A DNA stretch of 59,197 nucleotides from a virus (lineage: Duplodnaviria > Caudoviricetes). Numbering within the stretch: position 1 is the stretch's first letter; every line of letters starts with the position of its first letter. The DNA lies in IMG/VR virus record IMGVR_UViG_3300027985_000657, positions 1 to 59,197 of that record; one strand, given 5' to 3'. Positions 53,765 to 59,197 of this stretch are shown here, one piece after another. The notes under the pieces are model-generated. The model searched no databases. It was given only the letters and a program-made list of their open reading frames with translations, and was not told the origin of the DNA. Made by a program: the position numbers and the translations under genes.

Positions 53765-56740
53765 TTACTCTCCTTTCAATGTGTTAGTAACTGTTGTTAC
53801 AGACACACCAATAGCTCTAGCTATCTCTGATGTAGTATAGCCGGATCTAGCCATGTTTTCTATTCTTCTTATTTTGGCAGGACTTAAAACAACACTAGTT
53901 CTAGGCATAGCAAACTTTCTTAGAATCTCTATGTTAGCATTAGCCATTATTTGTTCTAACTTATGGGTACTTATAGCACCAGCTTGTATTGCATCCCATT
54001 CTCTTTGTGTTATTTCTATTTCATGTCTAGCGGCACCTACCTTAGCCCTAGCCTTACTTAATTCTTGTTGTCTAAGCTTTCTTTCCTCTTCTGCAGTCAT
54101 TCTAGGATTGTCTTGTTTTTTAATTCTTATGTTAGATGCAGCAATTGTTTGGGCCTGTCTTTCTCTAGGAGCATTGAGTAGAGCTTGATTAATTTTGTAA
54201 TCTAAAGAAATGACCTCCTCATTGTATGCATTTCTAGCCGATGCAGAATAAGGGGTATTAATAATTGTAAGCGTTTCTTTTCTTGCTTCGTTGGCTAATG
54301 TTTTTAACGCATTAGCATATGTGGCATAGGCTTCCTCCTGTGGTGTACCAGATGATAGTGTTCTAGCATCATTTGTTTCAGCCATTTTAGTGGAGTATGT
54401 TGTTGCTTTAGTTGTTTTAATATTTTCATTAGTTACTTTTACATAATCACCGGTCTCATCTTTATAGTATAGATTACCATCTTTTACAATAACAGAAACT
54501 TTTTTATTGTCACCAGAAGATGTCTTATATGTAGTGGTCATGTATTCTCTGTTTGTATACGTATACAGTTTTTCACCAGTTTCTGGATCAAAGTATCTAG
54601 TTTTCTTATCTTTTTCACCATAATATTTACCAGTTTGTTCATCATAGTAAATCTTATTTTCTGGATCAATCAATGTAATTTGATTTCCTGTATCTTTTGC
54701 AAAGTAAGCTCCAAGTTTTCGCTCACCAACAACTTGTGTAGATTTTGATTTTGAAATTAATGTAGCTGCACCCATGTGCGATCTTCCAGTTTCTGGATCA
54801 ATCTGTGTTTGGTACTTTTTATGAAGTGCTTTTACACCATTGTCAACTTCAGACTGTTTATAATCCAATTTATGTTTGTTTGCATCGATGATAACCATTG
54901 AATGTTTAACAGCTCTTGCTAATTCTTCATTTGTTGCACCTTTCAATGTCATGTCTGTAATAAGGTTAGAAATAGTACCCATTTCATTTTGGGTTCTTGT
55001 TTCTGGGAGAATTGTAAATTCTTTTCCTCCTCTATAATACCTTTCTTCGCCATTAATAGTTTTTATTTCGTCTGGACCATACGAAAACTTTGTATCAAAG
55101 CCTTCCAAAGCCTTTAAAGGTGGTGATGAAGAAATCTTAATCTTGTCGGTAATAGGTATAACCATTACTGTGTCACCATCAAAATCTGCACCGGATAGTC
55201 TTGCTGCAACTTTTGCATTTATTCCTATTGCATCTGTTGGATTTTTTGTCATGATAGAAATCGCTTCTTTATTCCTATTATTTACATTTAAAACTGGAAT
55301 TTCAAAAGTTCCACCATGTGGATATCTAACCAATGCTATTTGAGATCCATCATCCATATGTGGTGCAAATGCTTCATTATCTTTTAATGATGGAACAGCT
55401 AAAATTACTTTGTATTTTGCTCCCGGTAATCCTGCAGCTTTTAAATTTACAGCTGAAGCATCACAATCATCAGCAAATGACAATAATAATGATTTTTTAA
55501 CTGTTGGATTAGTTAGAGAATTTATTTCGTCAAATTCATCAACTTTTTCTTGCATAGAAATTTCCAATTGTTTATTAATTAATTTCTGAGGCTGTTTAGA
55601 TAAAAATTGTGCGGATATTTCTTTAGACCAATCTCCCCAATCACCTTCATCTGAACGTTTATTTATTACAGATAGATGCTCATTTCCATCAGAATCATAC
55701 CAAACTGATTGTCCGCCTGTTTCTTTTATTGTTGAACCAAATGGATTATCTGGATCGTTTTTGATTGGTTTCATAGCATCTAATTTTGATTCGGTTTTGT
55801 TTTTATTTGTATTGAAAACAACATCTATTCCATCTGGCATATTATCAGAATATACTGCCATTCCTTTTAAATAGTGTGTTCCATCAACTAGAATACGAAC
55901 TTGAGAATAATTAGATGTTCCTAGTGAAATATCATCAACACCTCTTCTAAGTTCAATAATTCCATCTTTTTCACCGCCACCTTCATTGCCATATCTAACT
56001 TCAATTCTATCAGAACTCAAACTTTCTGGATATTGAAATGACGGTTTAAATGTTTTTCCATCATCATAAGATGTTAAGTCTTCTACAGAATGAATTTGAT
56101 CATAATTATAAATTGCTTTATGTGGTGTTCCAGGCGAACAAAGAACTTTTAATGTAGTTAACATTCCTTTATTAGTGGCTTGAGGAACTCTGTTACCATG
56201 AACAACATAACCTTCCATTTTTAAGATTTCAATTGCTTGATCCATCTTTTCTTTGGAAACTTTTAATTGTCTAGGTACGCCAGCACCAATATCAATCATA
56301 CCTTTTTCATCAACTAATTGTCTAAGATTGTCTGCCAAATCAGTTGCTAGATTCATTCTTGCTTTTGCATCTTTATTTAATAATGATCTTACACTTGATT
56401 CACCTTTCAAACCAAGCATTTCTGCAATTTTTACTCTACTGTATCCTTCTTCACTTAACGTGTTAGCTTTAGAATATAAGTCGTTTTTTCTTTCTCTTTT
56501 TGCTAGTGATACTAATGCTCTTAAACGAGTACTTGAAATATCACCCATGGCTTTTGCTATTTCTGCTTCTGTTAGACCTTGCTTTTTTAGTTCGTCAACT
56601 CTACTTAAAAAGTCTCCACTATGCTGATATGGTGATTCGCCACTTCCCCATGGATATCTACCAGAATGTCTAGGAGTACCATAGTGAAGTAGATATTCAT
56701 CATCAGTCATTGAATTGTCTAGTAATTCTTTATCACTCAT
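53765..56740 (-). CDS. Putative single-chain two-barrel (DFDGD) RNA polymerase with fused HTH domains
   Basis: LSGADFDGD (55172-55192 for GADFDGD), LVRYPH, SQVR...YLKGM, GTISN, HSMVIIDANK; HTH-like segments at both termini. Confidence 0.8.
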   Translation of the reverse strand: MSDKELLDNSMTDDEYLLHYGTPRHSGRYPWGSGESPYQHSGDFLSRVDELKKQGLTEAEIAKAMGDISSTRLRALVSLAKRERKNDLYSKANTLSEEGYSRVKIAEMLGLKGESSVRSLLNKDAKARMNLATDLADNLRQLVDEKGMIDIGAGVPRQLKVSKEKMDQAIEILKMEGYVVHGNRVPQATNKGMLTTLKVLCSPGTPHKAIYNYDQIHSVEDLTSYDDGKTFKPSFQYPESLSSDRIEVRYGNEGGGEKDGIIELRRGVDDISLGTSNYSQVRILVDGTHYLKGMAVYSDNMPDGIDVVFNTNKNKTESKLDAMKPIKNDPDNPFGSTIKETGGQSVWYDSDGNEHLSVINKRSDEGDWGDWSKEISAQFLSKQPQKLINKQLEISMQEKVDEFDEINSLTNPTVKKSLLLSFADDCDASAVNLKAAGLPGAKYKVILAVPSLKDNEAFAPHMDDGSQIALVRYPHGGTFEIPVLNVNNRNKEAISIMTKNPTDAIGINAKVAARLSGADFDGDTVMVIPITDKIKISSSPPLKALEGFDTKFSYGPDEIKTINGEERYYRGGKEFTILPETRTQNEMGTISNLITDMTLKGATNEELARAVKHSMVIIDANKHKLDYKQSEVDNGVKALHKKYQTQIDPETGRSHMGAATLISKSKSTQVVGERKLGAYFAKDTGNQITLIDPENKIYYDEQTGKYYGEKDKKTRYFDPETGEKLYTYTNREYMTTTYKTSSGDNKKVSVIVKDGNLYYKDETGDYVKVTNENIKTTKATTYSTKMAETNDARTLSSGTPQEEAYATYANALKTLANEARKETLTIINTPYSASARNAYNEEVISLDYKINQALLNAPRERQAQTIAASNIRIKKQDNPRMTAEEERKLRQQELSKARAKVGAARHEIEITQREWDAIQAGAISTHKLEQIMANANIEILRKFAMPRTSVVLSPAKIRRIENMARSGYTTSEIARAIGVSVTTVTNTLKGE

Positions 56741-57378
56741 CTCTTATACTCCCTTTCAAAATATTTTTTAATAGTTTTATCTTTTGATGTAATCAAATGC
56801 ATTATTCCTTGAATTTCTGTAGGTTCTGCAACAAGAGTTTGAATTTCTCCTTCTTGATAAATACGTAATTCCGTTGTAAAATCAAACGGGTCTTTTTTAT
56901 ACTCTAAACAAAATAACGCAGCATATATCAATAGTTGTTCCATTTTTGTTGGTGTTATACCACTTTTTAAATCATGAATTCTTAATATTTTATTAAATTC
57001 ATCAAAAACTATTGTGTCTGCCGTTCCGAAAGCATTCATTGAATAATATAAAATTACTTCTGGATACATTCTAAAACCAATAGCATCATTTACAAAAGGT
57101 AAAAGATTCAATAAAATTTGCTCAGAATCATATGCACCTTTTGGAATACCTAGTTTGGCTAAGAAAATATCAATTACTTTTTTGTCTGATCTAGCTAATT
57201 TAATTCTATGTGAAATTAAATCTCTAGCTAATTCATGTAATGCTGTTCCTATGGTTTGGGCGAATTGACCATAATATCTTTTTTCAAGTGTCTCATCATC
57301 CCAATTTAACCAGTGATACTTACTTGCTCCTAAAAAGGCATGTAGCCCTTCAAGTTTTGAGTGATCATTAAATATCAT
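56737..57378 (-). CDS. PD-(D/E)XK Cas4/RecB-like exonuclease (DUF2800-like)
   Basis: HAFL.AS...W, GTALH, PE..L, FGTAD, IHDLKSG, QLLIYA. Confidence 0.8.
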   Translation of the reverse strand: MIFNDHSKLEGLHAFLGASKYHWLNWDDETLEKRYYGQFAQTIGTALHELARDLISHRIKLARSDKKVIDIFLAKLGIPKGAYDSEQILLNLLPFVNDAIGFRMYPEVILYYSMNAFGTADTIVFDEFNKILRIHDLKSGITPTKMEQLLIYAALFCLEYKKDPFDFTTELRIYQEGEIQTLVAEPTEIQGIMHLITSKDKTIKKYFEREYKR

Positions 57379-57701
57379 TTTCCTAAGTTCTCCTTTTTCT
57401 TGAAATTATTAACATGATTATGCAATCTGTCAAAAACCTCATTTTCATTTTCAGGATTTATAAAACTTGAGAAACTCATATCATTATGCTTATTTACATA
57501 ATATTCTTGATTGGGTTGTTTGTTAGCTTTTTTATTTTTTTTAACTTCAAGTGTTCCCCATGTTAATGGACATAATACAACTAAATCTGGACTACCTTGA
57601 ATTTCAGTAGGATCTAGTTTATGAACTTCACATTGAGGAAACTCTTTTTTCAATCGATCTTTTACAATTGATTGAAACCCATTTTTACCAGTCTCTCTCA
57701 T
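57375..57701 (-). CDS. VRR-NUC family nuclease / resolvase
   Basis: E..FQ...QGSPDL...LEVK...QPNQ; start reassigned to MRETGK. Confidence 0.8.
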   Translation of the reverse strand: MRETGKNGFQSIVKDRLKKEFPQCEVHKLDPTEIQGSPDLVVLCPLTWGTLEVKKNKKANKQPNQEYYVNKHNDMSFSSFINPENENEVFDRLHNHVNNFKKKENLGK

Positions 57702-57782
57702 AAATATAAGTCCTTCCTTCTTTATTAGGTAAAATGCAAAACAGAATGTAATATGCTTTTTTCGCAATTTACCCTCTTCTCT

Positions 57783-57810
57783 CCATAAAAGTCTATGTAT
57801 TATCTGCGAA
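57783..57810 (-). promoter_or_regulatory. Phage promoter-like motif copy heading the nuclease-RNAP operon
   Basis: TTCGCAGATAATACATAGACTTTTATGG. Confidence 0.75.
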
Positions 57811-57812
57811 TA

Positions 57813-59024
57813 TTAATAATCATTTTCTAAGAACTTATATTGTTTAATATATTCTGGAATTAAACTAACGATTGTTCCTTCTTCATCAACCTTAAGTTTA
57901 ATAAACCATGCTCCAGATTCATTTGCAATTCTCTTTCTCTTCATCCAAGAAGATTGTTGTGTCATAGATGGCGCTTCAAAATAATGAATATTTCTATAAA
58001 GAAAATACATTGCTTTGTGATGATGTCCTACAAATAAAATGTTAGGCTTATCACCACCAGAAATAGAGTCCATATATTTTTGACCAGAATATGATACGGC
58101 ATATGCAGAACCATCAAGAGGATGGAATAAATCCATTCTACAATTTGGAGTTAACATAATTTTTGCATGGCCAATTCCTAAATAATTTATGTCTTTTCTT
58201 TCTTTTGCAATTGCAGCTCCAATATTAAAGCCACCATTCTTAATATGTGTTTCATCATGATTGCCAATAATTAGATGTGTAGTAATTCCAGGATAACGTG
58301 GCCAATTCGCAACTACATAATCTTTTTGTTCGTCTGCACCAATTGCAATTAGCTCATAAATTTGTTCTGGTCTTGATTTATAATACCCATCAACTATATC
58401 ACCAACATGATAAACATTTGTGATTCCTCTTCTGTTTGCTTCTGCATAAATAAAATCTACAAAAGATTTTTGTTGAATCTTTGTACACCAATGTGAATCA
58501 CTTATTACTAAAAATTCAATTTCTGTTACTTTACCGATAGAATGAACATATGTTTGTGGAACTACAGCTAGTGTTTTTTCCAAACTATATTGTTCTGTGC
58601 TCTTATTGTAAGATATGATATAGTTGTCTACTTTCAATGCATGAATTAATCCCATTGCAGTTATTTCATCAACTTTCAAATATTTTACAATTTCATCTAA
58701 CGTCTTTGGTTTAGCTAAATATTTCCTTAACTTAATTTTTTGATCAGATAATGTGATCTGTACTTCTTCTTGAACCTTTTTATTATTAAGTACATCGTTA
58801 ACTCTACCAAGATTTGTAGTTTGTGCTGCTGAACCTGTTCTTAATAATCTTGCCTTACCTGTTTCATATTGATTTTTCCACTGACGCTTTGTTAATGTAA
58901 CACCAAAATGTTCATTTAGAGTTTTTGAGATTTCATCCCAGTTTCTAAACGGTTGACCATCTGGTAATGGTGCGTCAATAATATCAAATACTTTCTGTAA
59001 ATCATCAGCTGTTTTACTATACAT
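57813..59024 (-). CDS. HTH-fused calcineurin-like metallophosphoesterase
   Basis: ISDSH, HVGDIVDG, IGNHD, FHP, GHHH; N-terminal HTH-like segments; start MYSKTA (AGGAGG RBS). Confidence 0.85.
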   Translation of the reverse strand: MYSKTADDLQKVFDIIDAPLPDGQPFRNWDEISKTLNEHFGVTLTKRQWKNQYETGKARLLRTGSAAQTTNLGRVNDVLNNKKVQEEVQITLSDQKIKLRKYLAKPKTLDEIVKYLKVDEITAMGLIHALKVDNYIISYNKSTEQYSLEKTLAVVPQTYVHSIGKVTEIEFLVISDSHWCTKIQQKSFVDFIYAEANRRGITNVYHVGDIVDGYYKSRPEQIYELIAIGADEQKDYVVANWPRYPGITTHLIIGNHDETHIKNGGFNIGAAIAKERKDINYLGIGHAKIMLTPNCRMDLFHPLDGSAYAVSYSGQKYMDSISGGDKPNILFVGHHHKAMYFLYRNIHYFEAPSMTQQSSWMKRKRIANESGAWFIKLKVDEEGTIVSLIPEYIKQYKFLENDY

Positions 59025-59098
59025 GTAAACCCTCCTGTGCTCTTTGTTATTGACCTTAGTCAAAATCTAAAGTAGAATGTAAATACTATGCATTCTCT

Positions 59099-59126
59099 CC
59101 ATAAAAGTCAATGTTTAATCTGCGAA
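59099..59126 (-). promoter_or_regulatory. Phage promoter-like motif copy
   Basis: TTCGCAGATTAAACATTGACTTTTATGG. Confidence 0.75.
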
Positions 59127-59197
59127 TGGACTTATGTGTCAAATGTCAAAAAATTTTCTAATATTATTTTAAATTTTTATTTTATTTTAAAAAATAA

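Noticed and set aside
1-59197. Alternative genetic code (TGA=Trp or TAG recoding)
   Set aside because: Long genes are intact in code 11, Trp is TGG, and TGA/TAG end genes at normal overlaps (e.g. ATGA at 56737-56740).
59189-59197. 9-nt terminal match AAAAAATAA with positions 1-9 as a terminal repeat
   Set aside because: Too short and low-complexity to prove circularity or a DTR, though compatible with a permuted circular assembly.

Overview
The window is a near-complete, probably circularly permuted, AT-rich tailed dsDNA phage genome (siphovirus). Essentially all genes lie on the minus strand and use genetic code 11. Gene content and order resemble the Lactococcus 1706 / Rhodococcus ReqiPepy6 / Arthrobacter AM-AU type group (from recall, unverified). 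Reading along the minus strand: an HTH-metallophosphoesterase, VRR-NUC nuclease, PD-(D/E)XK nuclease and a 991-aa single-chain two-barrel (DFDGD) RNA polymerase-like protein; a GC-rich probable cos site; head genes (TerS-like, HNH, TerL, portal, protease-capsid fusion); tail genes; holin-like genes with no recognisable endolysin; about 14 kb of small, often membrane-anchored ORFs; a helicase-primase-PolB fusion, SSB and SF2 helicase; a tmRNA; an SPFH protein; and an iteron-like AT-rich region at the window junction. No integrase, repressor, CRISPR array or reverse transcriptase was seen. The strongest candidate for an undescribed system is a self-contained gene-expression apparatus. It comprises the HTH-fused polymerase, 11 copies of a non-sigma70 promoter-like motif (TTCGCA-N5-WACAT-N4-YWTWATRR) heading promoter-ORF-terminator cassettes, an LxH motif shared by the capsid linker, three small head-region proteins and the polymerase N-terminus (possible packaging/cleavage signal), several structured ncRNA candidates (two displaying anti-Shine-Dalgarno loops), and a tmRNA whose tag is an amphipathic helix rather than a standard degron. 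All functional assignments are by eye from motifs; no searches or folding programs were run.
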